Shown one piece after another: positions 40,901 to 52,200 of a stretch of 64,000 nt of DNA (positions are counted from its first letter, which is position 1; every line of letters begins with the position of its first letter). The notes beneath the pieces are model-generated. The model had not been told where the DNA came from and did not search any database. It saw only the letters and a program-made list of their open reading frames with translations. The stretch spans positions 248,001 to 312,000 of the forward strand of contig NW_020846109.1 of assembly GCF_003704095.1 (NCBI RefSeq). The letters run 5' to 3'. The DNA is from Pocillopora damicornis. Lineage: Eukaryota. The position numbers and the translations under genes were made by a program.

Positions 40901-43736
40901 AGGTAAATTAGCGGTTTTGATGATTTGTTTGTAAAGGAGATTTTTTTGTTCCTATTTTCCTCTCCATATGAATGCAATATTTTAAACGAAAACCAAAGCT
41001 GTGTCACCAGCTCAGACATAACGTAGTAACTCTGCAACCGGAATCATGTGTTGGAAATATTAGGAAGTTTGCGATTGGCTGAGGAAAACAATTACGCTGA
41101 TTGCATCGAGGAAGGACCAAGGACCATCAGGAGCGCTCTCAGAAGGAGTATCGTATAACCTAAACTAACGATATTACGGCCGCAAATCAGAAGAAAGAAA
41201 GCAAAAGCCAATAAAAAATCACAGTGATGAAATGCGAACTGTTTGAAGCGTGTAAAACGATTTTCTTTTGCATCTGATTGGTTGAGAGGGTAACACGATT
41301 TTTCTGGACCAATCACAAAACGTGATAAAGAAATAACAACGGGGATTGCTTTCGATACATAGCGTTCACGGGAGTCGCACAACCAAACTATCCCTTTTCT
41401 CTCAAACGAACATATTATTAGAGCAGCTTTAAGGCCCACTTTTTTAGTTGTGTTTAGCAGTTACTCAGATCGAGTTTGCACAAGTTTCCATGTATTAGTT
41501 TTACTACAATCCTCCTTCTTTCATCATGTGCAGGAGTCAGGCGATATGTCAGTGGTTGTGGCCGACTTTGGCTTGGCTCGTGTGGTCAGAGACAAACCCT
41601 TATCGCCTCTTGATCAGATATCATCGACCATACCTCCCTCTTCAGGACGAAAAACACGAAGCCCTACCGGCAACAAGCCGCCTCCTCCAAAGAAAAGGTG
41701 TGATGCTTTTGTCATGGTTCTTATCTAAAGAAAATGATTCTTAATTCGGAATGCTAACTATTATATTTACTTCCGGAATCTAACTATAAAGTAGTAAATC
41801 ACTGTTGTTTCTTAGGTACACTGTGGTGGGTTCCCCGTACTGGATGGCGCCAGAAATGATGTTGGGTAAGTTGACTTTTTACTTTAATTTGCTCGAGCAA
41901 AAACGGTTGGGCTTCACTTTTTGTTTGAGACGCGGTGGCTTGTGATTAGTACGCTGAGCTTTTGATCGAAAGGTCTGGGTTCAAGCTCTGGCTTGGTCAG
42001 TGAGTTAAGTGTATATGTAAGCAGTATGCTGTACCTACACAATGCCTCTCTCAACNNNNNNNNNNNNNNNNNNNNNNNNNNNNNNNNNNNNNNNNNNNNN
42101 NNNNNNNNNNNNNNNNNNNNNNNNNNNNNNNNNNNNNNNNNNNAGGGCTCTGGCAAGGGATTGTGGAATTGTGCTCTGGCAAGTTGGACGTCTTGGGTCG
42201 AGTGCTGCCTTGCTTGTTACGTAGCGCCCTTTTCACCATCTATTTCATTTATCTTTTTAGGAATGACGTACAATGAAAAGGTCGACGTTTTCTCATTTGG
42301 GGTTTTAACATGCGAGGTATGATTTTTACCTCCATGGATCAATTTGCTTTGTCATTTCATGTCATTCCTGTTTAAAGTCCACAGTCAATCTCCATATTTA
42401 CACGTTCTTGAGGCTCCACTATCACCTCCTTCCTTTTTTGTTTCAGATAATTGGCCGAGTAAAGGCTGATCCAGACTTCCTCCCTCGATTATCAGTAAGA
42501 ATTTTCTTATACTCCTTAGTTCCATAATTCTAGTTGCTTTAGTTTGACTATGCCTGGGTAAATCTTGTCTTCTATTTACACCTAAAAAAGCGCTAGGAGT
42601 TCATAAATTAATTGTTTGATCCTCGAAGTGATCTGTACAGATCTTCTCCAAATTTCATAACAAGTTTCGGTACAAAGGTGCTGAAAATAGACAAAGTTAT
42701 AAGCTGTGGATATATTGGTATAACTTCAACGTCCTTTCCGCTGCATTTCATGGGGAAATAAACAATTGGTTCCTAGAGTTGAAGCGAAAGAAAGATTTTG
42801 CGTGATAGGGTTGCGGGAAATGTAGAGAACTATCAACTGAATCAGTGTCATTGCTTTCTTAAAAAATTCGGTCACGTATTAATCGTTCTCGCTTTTGTGT
42901 CCACAGAATTTTGGAATTGATGAGGAGAAATTCCGTAAAGAGTTTTGTGAGGGATGTCCCGAGTTATTTTACAAAATAGCTTTCCTTTGCTGTGATCTGG
43001 ACTCAGATAAGAGGTAAAAGAAAGGTTTCCTTGCTTGGAATTACAGATTCAAAGTACGTACACACAAATTATTTGTGTAGCAAATGACAACAGGGTTCAG
43101 AACATTAAGCTATAAAATCATTTTTATGGCGAACTACCCGGTGACATTTCTTCTGATGTTTGTCAAACCACTGATTGAATCAGTTCGTTATATTACAGCT
43201 TTTATGCCATAATATGTTGGGTAGTTTGCCAAGGATATTGAGGAGATTTCTTTCGGCTCTAGGCTCTTTGGTTATAAGAAAAATTCTTGAATTTTACTCT
43301 AATTATTCCAAGCAAAGATATTGTTTCTTTAACCAAAGCGGAAAATTATTAACAACAGTGATAACTTGGTTTTTTGTACATGTTTTTTGCCTCGAGTCTT
43401 GGGTTTCCCTTGCTTGAAGCACTTTGGGTCTTTTGTGATCAAAACAGCAATACGCTTTCTGGGAAGCAGAGAAGTCAAACAAATTCTATGTGCGGTTTTT
43501 TGACTCTGATATTGCCTAGACTTTAGTGGGTGGCCACGATATGTTTGCGTTTTACTGAACTACTTTTGTCCTCCTCTAACAGACCCGAGTTTTGTGACCT
43601 GGAGAAGTGGTTGGAAGCCTTACTCCTTCATTTAGACGTTGGTTTGCCTTTGCCATCTGACATGAGGTTCACTCTTCTACCTGCCACCCTCATGAGAAAA
43701 ATCAGTGAAAGTAATGAAGGAAGCGGGCAGACATGA
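34998..43736 (+). CDS. LIMK: LIM domain kinase (LIM-LIM-PDZ-kinase); 19 exons: 34998-35095, 35170-35305, 36101-36210, 36534-36728, 37228-37336, 37778-38097, 38397-38477, 39023-39092, 39472-39558, 39933-40020, 40111-40154, 40379-40438, 40831-40902, 41534-41697, 41816-41865, 42261-42316, 42447-42494, 42907-43013, 43583-43736
   Basis: Two LIM zinc fingers (CVSC..WHRNCFKCSEC..YCKKDY; CHVC..FHTECFSCGNC) and a degenerate PDZ (VGDVVLEVN). Kinase motifs: VFRPCDL..GKGFFG, GEVMVMKEL, HRDL, DFGLAR, KKRYTVVGSPYWMAPE, ADPDFLPR. Confidence 0.95.
39715..39892. repeat. G-rich degenerate tandem repeat, (AGAGGGGGCTTTTT)n-like
   Basis: About 9 imperfect units in a LIMK intron. Confidence 0.7.
41934..42200 (+). 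mobile_element. tRNA-derived SINE interrupted by an assembly gap
   Basis: A-box-like GTGGCTTGTGATTAG and B-box-like GGTTCAAGCTC, followed by a non-tRNA body; no cloverleaf. Confidence 0.6.
42056..42143. other. Assembly gap (88 N)
   Basis: Run of N; the flanking LIMK exons are contiguous in protein, so no exon appears to be lost. Confidence 0.99.
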
Positions 43737-46700
43737 ACGAGATCCTTCTATCATAGCCAAAGCCTTTTGGAAAAGATAGATTGCACAAAACGACAGTTGT
43801 TCGCCTCTGTCGTTGCTTGTCCTTGGGCAATTTCCAGAGCACTGTAGCAGCTTGGATTCCTTCCCTCCCAGCAACTTTATCATGTACCAAGTTTGGAGGA
43901 TTTGATCGCTTCCTGTGGCAAGCTGAACCGTCCTGTGAATATATCTTGGTGGATTCCACCCGTGTCAACTCTGTCAGCGGTCAGGCGTCAGTCTGTTCAC
44001 CCTCACCCTCTCCCTCTTGGGTGACATGTACGAATGTGACGTTCGCACCAGCTTTTCCCCTTTTAAAGGAAAAGTTGTCAGGTCGTTCACAATGAAGAAA
44101 ACGAAACAATGCGCGCAACTGCAGTCGTACCGCGTATAATTTTTCTCAGTTTTAATGACTCTACTCACTTCCTTAAAGCTGCGAACCTCCTGGCCTGTAC
44201 AGGAATTACAAGGCTTTATGAGAAATGGATAATTCTTGTTACTTGGTCGGCTGGTAAAAAAAAAAACAACAAAAACATTAGAAAATCGACAGAAGAAAAC
44301 GAGTTTCGACTCAACCTGAGATAAACAGTTCTCGAAGTGGTTAACGTGGCTCTGGGAACCAGCTGGGTAATTTGGGAATTTAGTACTCGAACAAAGCACA
44401 TTGTCTTACACCGCTGAATTGTAAATAGATTTATTTTTTCATTCCTCTTTTTACTCAAGCACGCGCTGACTATCAACAGTTGTAATAAAGCGTCCAGTTA
44501 CTGACGTGCGAAAACCAATCGTCGGAGAATCTTTAGAGTTTTTTTTTGTTATTTATACTCTCCACTTGTCACAATGACCGGTCGTGTGTTACCAAATTGG
44601 AATAAAATCAGGATTTTATAACATCTGCGTATGATGGTTCGTGTCCCCACCGGCGGGGGGTGGGGGGGACTTTCCACTTCTCTCGAAAAAGTTCTTAGTC
44701 AATTTTCTATGAAAGGTAAAAGTGTAGAACCTTCATTTCAGAGCCAGGTCTGACTTATAACTTCCAGTGAGACTAGATGTCCTCTACCATGGTTGAGGAA
44801 AACCTGGGACAAAAATATTACGAGCTAAAAATCCCGCAAACCTGTCGGTCAATTACTTTTGTAGCTGTGAAATCGGGTAGTCTTCCTTTTCAGTGTCGAA
44901 AAGCCCAAAGCAGTAATCACATCGACCAGTCAGAATGAGGTTTAACATCGTCAGCAAATATGAGCTCAAAGTTAAAATCGGTGAACTACTTTGAGCGTGG
45001 GAGAAAGCGCTTTTTTCTGTTTTGTCTGGCTTTTTCTTTTCTTTTCTATGAAATTGTATATTGCTAACCAAAAATGTTGGGTGCTTTATACAAATATGAT
45101 CCGAGCCTGAACAATGAATTTGAAGTTTTGAACATCAACTTTGTATAGTGACATTTCATATTTCATCTTTATGAATGTTTAACTATTGCTGCACGAAAAT
45201 CAGCGGGAAAGGCCATCTTTGCACGGAACTTCCAAATTGTAAGTTCTGTCGAATATAGTCGAGTATATCACAGAAGGCGCAAGGCTGTTTGGTTACACTC
45301 CCTGACCTAAGATCAATGATATCAACCCCGAACATGTTTGGAAAAATAACAAGGGTAAACGGCTTGTGAAATCTTCCCAAGAATTGAACTACTTTGCTTT
45401 GTTGTTTATAGAAGTCAATCTTGACTTTGTGTTATAAACTCCGGTACCCGTTGCTTGTTGCTAAAAGCTTTTTATAATCTAAGGTCACGACTATTGTCAA
45501 GAATTGTTTACTTAACAAATTGATTTCAAAACAGATGTTACGCACGAGTGATCACAAAGAGATTTCTGGAACCTGTTTCCAAGCTGAAACTTCTAGCTAT
45601 CATTAAAATTAGATGATTTTTCTAGAAATATGGCGGATTGATATCACATCACGTCGAATGTCACAACGAATAGTTTTTCGTCTTGCTGTGGCTGTCAAAA
45701 AGATTTAGTTCTCTTGTGTGGGATTTTTGAAATGGAAAGGAATTTCTCCCCAACGGATTAGGGTTCTCATCGCGAATCAAGAATGAGTGACAGGGACATA
45801 AACTTGAGGTAAGAATCAATGTAATGAACTAATGTTTTGATACCGAAAAAATCACGATTTAATCACAGATGACTTCACCGAATTGCTTTTAAAATCAAAT
45901 TTTCAGCTGGGAACAACACTGCCGAGAAATTTTAAGGTTGTGGTGAATTATTTAGCTTCCATCGACCTACCAAGTGGTAGCCATGTAAAAGAACAAACTG
46001 CTTCGCGGCAGGTGTCCATTTTACTGCAATGTTTACTGTATCTTTTGATCTGAATCCATTCCTGTTCTTGTCGGTCTTAGAGTAAATAACTAGTTTTCGA
46101 TTTTGAGCTCGGAATACAAAGGAATGGGCGTTAACTTGATATGGCTCACGGACTGGGTGAAGTGTGGCTTGCCTTACGAGAACATAATCTATTTGGTTCT
46201 TTGGTTCACTCAGAGAAGGAAAGTGTCTGTTTAAGGTTTTCATTGATTAAACTCACCTCTATTCTGTTCGTTTAAAGTTTGGGAGCCAATCTAGTTGTGG
46301 TTGGAAACACGAGATCGATGAAACTGAACCGGCTTTTGTAGAGTATCGTTTTAAGCCTGACCGTTGTCCTGATATAGAGAGGGTAGTGTCTTTTACACAC
46401 ACTTGACATAAGAGGCAGTTATAGTAACGGAAATATTGCAACAGTTAAGTTACTTATGCGGCTTTGAATGAGTCGTGCTACTTTTGTCAGTAATCAAGAT
46501 TGAATGGTACTTTCATAGAGCAAGCCGACCTTTCGCAAAAATTTTGTACAACCTTGGAACTAAATATGAGCCAAAGAAGTCACAATTAGCAATACTTTTG
46601 AACACCATTATGCTTATTTCACTGATAAAATACATTTTTCATCAGAGGTGTCCTGTAGCACCTTTAACTAATTTTTACTATTCTTATGTTCGGTTTTTTT

Positions 46701-46739
46701 TTCCATTTGCTCAGGTATCAGTGAGATCAATAAAGTAAC

Positions 46740-48187
46740 ATGGAGACAAAAGATATTGTAAAATGGTCCATGGTCGGTTTTTTCATCCTCTTTTTTTTTA
46801 CTGGCCTCTCTCTGCTCATTTTCGCTGTCACCGTATCAACGCCATTCGGAGACTACCTTACGATGAAAGCCGCCTCGTTCCCGGTGAATTATGGACTCAG
46901 AATTGGTCTTCTGATCCTTCTTTTCTTCATTACTGGGCTGTTTGTCTTTGCGGTAGTGAAAGAAAATAACAGACTTCTAACATTACTGGCCATCTTGTTC
47001 ATCATCTTGTTTCTTGTCGAGTTCATTATGGGAATAGTGTATTTTACGTTGAAGAATGAAATGATTGTCGTTAAAAAGAAACTTAGCAATGGGCAGCAAA
47101 TGCTGGCCGAGTATGGAAAGGACGAGAAAGTCACCAAGGCCTTCGATCAGATCCAGCAGACTTACGCCTGCTGTGGAATTGTTGACTATCGTGATTGGTT
47201 TACTTCAAAATGGGCAGCAGCTCAGGTTGGTGAAAATATTTGCTTTTTGTTTTCTAGACGTGTCTTTTGCTAAAATGTAACCCCAGTATTAAGACGAAGT
47301 TTAGGACATGTTATCCTCTTTGGAATTGTAGCTGAAGGTAATCATGAAGCGTGCACGCCCGAAATACGCCAACTTCCTACCACGTCCTAAGAGGCACTAG
47401 GCATTTTCCCATCTAAATTATGGCTACTAAATGCGTCCGAAATATGTCCTATAAATAGGCTAATATAATTGGTAGTAAACACGAGATTTTTGAGGTGTGG
47501 AATGATTTTTGTTTAGACTCGTATCATCCTTTCCATCAATTTCCGTATGTTTCTGATAGAGTTAAGTAGTAAAGCGCTTTTGTGCAGAGGAGCCGATACT
47601 CTTAGATCGGAAAAATAATCTCGTTCTCATCCAGGAGTCCCGCTGCTCCAGATTTGTATCTACCCCTTATTTGTGTCAGTTGTGTGCAATAAAGTCGGTG
47701 ACTATTTTTTCCTTAGGGGGTGAACAACAGGGTACCAAAGTCATGCTGTAAGTTCCCGACAGCCACCTGTGGTAATGATATGGACTTAAAGAACCCGATG
47801 GATTTCATCAATATATTAGGATGTACGGGACTAAATTTCGCCTACGATGACAAACTGCAAGTGGTGGGAGGGGTAGGTTTGGCTATCGGTTTTCTGAACT
47901 TATTCGCCCTATTGTGCTGCATCATATTCTGCTTCTGTTTCAACGCCGCGCGGGGACTTAGTCCTAAGGACGCCTTAAAAGGAGAGGAGCCTAATGACCA
48001 ACCGTCGTCGAGCTCATCGAATAAGGGCCGTCGACGTTCCTCAGCTCAAAGCTCATCAGGATCCTTGCGGCGCCAACCCTCTAAGAAGGCTCTGCGTGCA
48101 TCAAGGGAGGACCTTAATAATGACGAGAACGATGATGACTTACCCTCTTACTCAAATAAGGATTTACTCGATAAATCTGAAGGATAG
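46740..48187 (+). CDS. Tetraspanin; 2 coding exons (46740-47225, 47717-48187)
   Basis: Three N-terminal TMs, EC2 with QQTYACCG..YRDW, VPKSCC and a final GC before TM4, and Cys-rich juxtamembrane LCCIIFCFC. Phase-0 intron CAG|GT...ttag. Confidence 0.92.
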
Positions 48188-49049
48188 TCAGGAATCATTG
48201 CCCACTACCCCTCAATAAAATGTCTTAGGAGAATCAACTCAAGTTGAAGGTAATAGCCAACAGCTTTTGTAAAACCCTTTCTTGATTTCTTGACGGAACG
48301 AGAAAATCATGTATGCTTTAGATGTTTTTCATTTAAAAATATATGTCTATCCACGGGTATCCACAATTATACCATGACTAGAATGTCGATACGAAAAGAG
48401 GCCAGCGTGAAATAGAAGGGAGGGGCACCCTTCTTTATCGTCCCACTTAAGGAGCTAGCCTACACTGACTTTTACGAAGAAACTATCACTGCGTGTCCAA
48501 TATCTACATGTTGTATACTTGAATATTAAAACAAGCTGAGGGAAGAGTGACAACTTGTTTTTTCTTTTTCTTTCTTTTTTTTTTTTTTTTAATTTCGAGA
48601 AAGAAGACTTAAAATGAAATAAAACCTGACTCTCCTCCTTCAAAGGTATTTTTCGTTTATTCAACCAATGCCCGACTCAATTTTCCATCTCTCCGTTCAC
48701 TAGATTACTCATCCAGTAAAAACTCTGAGCAGTTCTTCCTCTTTCATGAACTGTTCTCCTTTCCTCGAAGTTCACGAAGACATTTTGGTACCCTTAAATG
48801 TAAATGTATAATTTGTAACTGATATTGTGTAAAAATGGCTCATGGTATTTTCACAATAATTACGCAAGTTTTATTGAAGTACACTGTAGTAGGCCAAGCC
48901 AGGATCTGTAATTATAATAAACAAATTTTTTGGTAGGCTGTTATCACAAGTTGGTTTATTTACTAGTAATACGACAGTAGAAATGTTTTTTCCAAATTTA
49001 TGTGTTACAAGTGTTGTCATTGATTGAGTTTATTTCGAATTTCTGACGG

Positions 49050-49059
49050 AAAAAAAAAA
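49050..49059 (-). terminator. RNA Pol III terminator (T10)
   Basis: Ten T residues on the minus strand, 3 nt after the tRNA discriminator base. Confidence 0.85.
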
Positions 49060-49062
49060 GGC

Positions 49063-49109
49063 TGCCGAGACCCGGGATTGTTCAGAGTTCATACGAACTC
49101 TCCGGTTTT

Positions 49110-49160
<51 letters not shown>

Positions 49161-49165
49161 TCGGC
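49063..49165 (-). tRNA. tRNA-Phe: tRNA-Phe(GAA) with a 30-nt insert in the T-loop (49078-49107)
   Basis: GCCGAGA TAGCTCAGTTGGGAGAGC G TCAGA CTGAAGA TCTGA AGGTC CCTGG TTCAA [30 nt] TC CCGGG TCTCGGC A. All four stems pair; the gene is 73 nt once the insert is removed. Confidence 0.93.
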
Positions 49166-49280
49166 TGTTGAAAAAGTGGAGGTAATTTTTGCATAAATAT
49201 TTCTATAATAAATAATATCGTCCTTACTGCGTCTGCGCCACATTTTGCCTCGCTCTGATACAACGAACATAAAAACAAAA

Positions 49281-52200
49281 ATGGCGCTTCCGACATTACA
49301 ACCGTACTGGCTGAAAAACTACAAAAACAGGAATGAGGGACTCCTTGTTCGGAGAACACAATTCGAAGCGGAAAGAAGGGAAGCTTGGGATAATAACGCA
49401 CGATATTTCAATAGATCTAACGTGGAGACTACCAAACAACGAGTGTGGGGATCAAGAGAATCTTACGAAGACAGGTGAGATCTGCAAGGATATTGCAAGT
49501 TTTATGACTTGAATGCGGAAATACGAACCTTGTTTTTTTATTTCTGCCCAGATTGACTATTTCATCAGTCATACTTCAGTCTTTGCCCTGGTATTTCCTT
49601 TATCTCATAGATCCAGTTCTGCCACTTTGAGAACTGGCATGTGTCGATCATGCATGGTCATATATTTATATAATCTCCTTGGTAACATTTCATGCCATTT
49701 CAACTTTACCACAACATAATTCAACACTTAGTCACTCCAGCTTACATAAATACGTTAGAGAAATTTGTATTCCCTGGGTAGTATCACATTCTTAGTGTAG
49801 TATCACATTATTTCAAGGGTATACTTTTCAGTCAATCACTAAGGAATGTCCTTAGGATGAACATCTCAAGTTATTCATGCGATCATTGAATTAAATGAAA
49901 TGTCAAACTTTTCAAGGGTGATTTAAGTCTTCTCCAGGGCCACATGAGTGAATGATATTTTGTTTTTAACAGCATGCAAGCACTGGATGGTTTGTACAAG
50001 GAGAACATGAAACAAGATAAACAGCAAAGATTAGATGGGAGGAAAAAAAGACTGTCTGAAATGTTGTTAAAGGAGACTAAAGAGTATGAGGTAAGGTGTA
50101 AAACAAGCTTAACTATTTGACTGTAGTGTAAGGTAGTGTTTTTTTTTGGTTTTCTGTAATTGAGACTTAAAGTAGATTTAAACCAAATCAATTAGTTCTA
50201 CTCACAGGGTATTTAAGAGTCTAGTTGGTGGTCAATTTGAGAGAAAGGGGAAATATGAACATTTGCCATGAGACTTGGAAAACTGTCAACTCTTTGATTT
50301 TGATCTTAAAGGTCATTTGTGTATTGAACAACCACAATAGAGCTTTTCATTTGCTTTTTAATTGAATCTCTAGGAAGAGCTTAAGGCAAAAAGACTTGGT
50401 GGAGCTGGTAGACTATTACAGATGAAAGAGAGGTTTGTAATGTTAAAAAAGAAAACTTGCTTTGATCATCTGTGATGTTTGTAGTAAACATGTCCTGCTG
50501 TTTAAAGTTGCTTACTATGTTGTCACTGGATTAAATTTTCATGAAGTGAACTTTTCTTCCCAGGGCTGATGAGCTAAAAGCTGACAAGGAAGCCAGAAGA
50601 AAAGAAGTATGAGCTTTATCATTATTTTAACTTGGATAGTGTATGTTAGGGTTTGGGAATAAACATTTGCACATTAGATAAGTCATACACTCAGATTAAT
50701 GACACTTACAAGACATCATTCAACAGCATGAAGTTCCCCCACAATGCTCCAAGGTATTGCTTCTGATTGCATTATTTTGTACAGATATGTATACTTATTT
50801 TTTGATTTAGCTATGTTTAGCCATTATTGTATTCTGTGCATGAATGAGGGTCTCAAGAAACCAAGCAGTATCATTTATTTTTGACGATGCACTAATTGAA
50901 CTTTCTTCTCAGATTGCTGAACAAAAATTGTATGATCATTGGAAACAAAATGCCGTAGAACTTAGAGAGGTGAGCATTCATAGTGATTGTTGAGTGCAGA
51001 GATATTTAATCAATAAGTACTGATCATTTTAATTGGAAATTCAACAACTTCTTGCACCAGCATTGTGATATTTTTTTGTTGAACATGGTGATGGTCTGCT
51101 TGCAATGAAGACACAAGATCAAGTGATGATCATGCTCTTTTTTGTACCCTGTTATGTAGTTCTCTGGTGATAATCTGATGGCCTTCTCATTATACTTTAC
51201 ACGGTACTTCTGATGCTTCATTTCCTATTGAAAATCCTGGTTATTTGATAATTTATTGTCTTTTCTAATCCCCATCACTGTAGATTGAAGCTGACCAGCT
51301 CAGAGAACATGTAGTGAACAGCTGGGCTGATCAAGTGTCTGACCGGGAAGAGGTAGGGACTGTCATGTAACCTTGCTTGAATTTCTATTCCAACTGAAAC
51401 ATTTTTTAAAAGTAATTGTCAAGGATGGAGCTGAGGAAAATTTCAGTGGATGAACATATTGCATCTAGCAGGATGGGCCTTGAAAGGAATAGAGATTAAA
51501 AGCAGGTGATGGATAGGTAAATTCCTGAAAAGTCTCATTCTGTTCTTATCTCATTGAATGGCTCTCCTCTTTTTCAATTTAGAACTTGAAGTCAGCAAGA
51601 CAAGAAGACAGAAGGTGTGTGTTTAGTTAATACTAGTAACTCAAGTCACCAAGTATTTAAGCTACTTGAAAGTGCACAGTATGTTTGGTAAGTTGAGGCA
51701 AGAACATATTCTCAGTTACATGTATCATTAAGCAATTTTCAATACTGTCAAAAACATGAAATTCAGGTTTGCATTTACCTCTTGACACTCAATCAAAATG
51801 CAACCAAGGAACAGGTTCACATGTAAAATGTGTACTGATTTTGTTTCCACTTATTGTTTCACAGAATGGATGCTGTTATGGAAAAAGATAGGCTACTTGC
51901 TCTTGAGAAAGAAAGAGCTAAGGAAGAGGAAAAGAAGAGGTTTATTTTAAAATAATGCTAACCTTAAATCTATTTACACTTATTTCAGGGTTTGTACCCA
52001 TCCTGGAAAACCTGAAAAATCCTGGAATTTTATTCTGTAATTTTCCAGGATTTAAAAGTCCTAAAGATTTCAAGATTTAAAGATTTCAGGTCTTAGAAAG
52101 TCCTAAAATTGCCTAAACTTGAGCAAGAAAGTTGTTGGAATTTAGGTTATAAGAAATGTATGTAGACCATAAGGAGAATAATTATTGATTTTGAAATCTA

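Noticed and set aside
41934-42000. Second tRNA gene
   Set aside because: It has A/B-box-like motifs but no acceptor or anticodon stems, and it continues into a SINE body.
43702-44476. Overlapping 70-141 aa ORFs downstream of LIMK
   Set aside because: No recognisable domain or splice support; the position fits the LIMK 3' UTR.
49078-49110. Transposon footprint as the sole explanation of the tRNA insert (CAA direct repeat)
   Set aside because: Not excluded as an origin, but there are no TIRs at the insert ends, and the repeat is also what a symmetric BHB-like motif requires. Kept as an alternative rather than called a mobile element.
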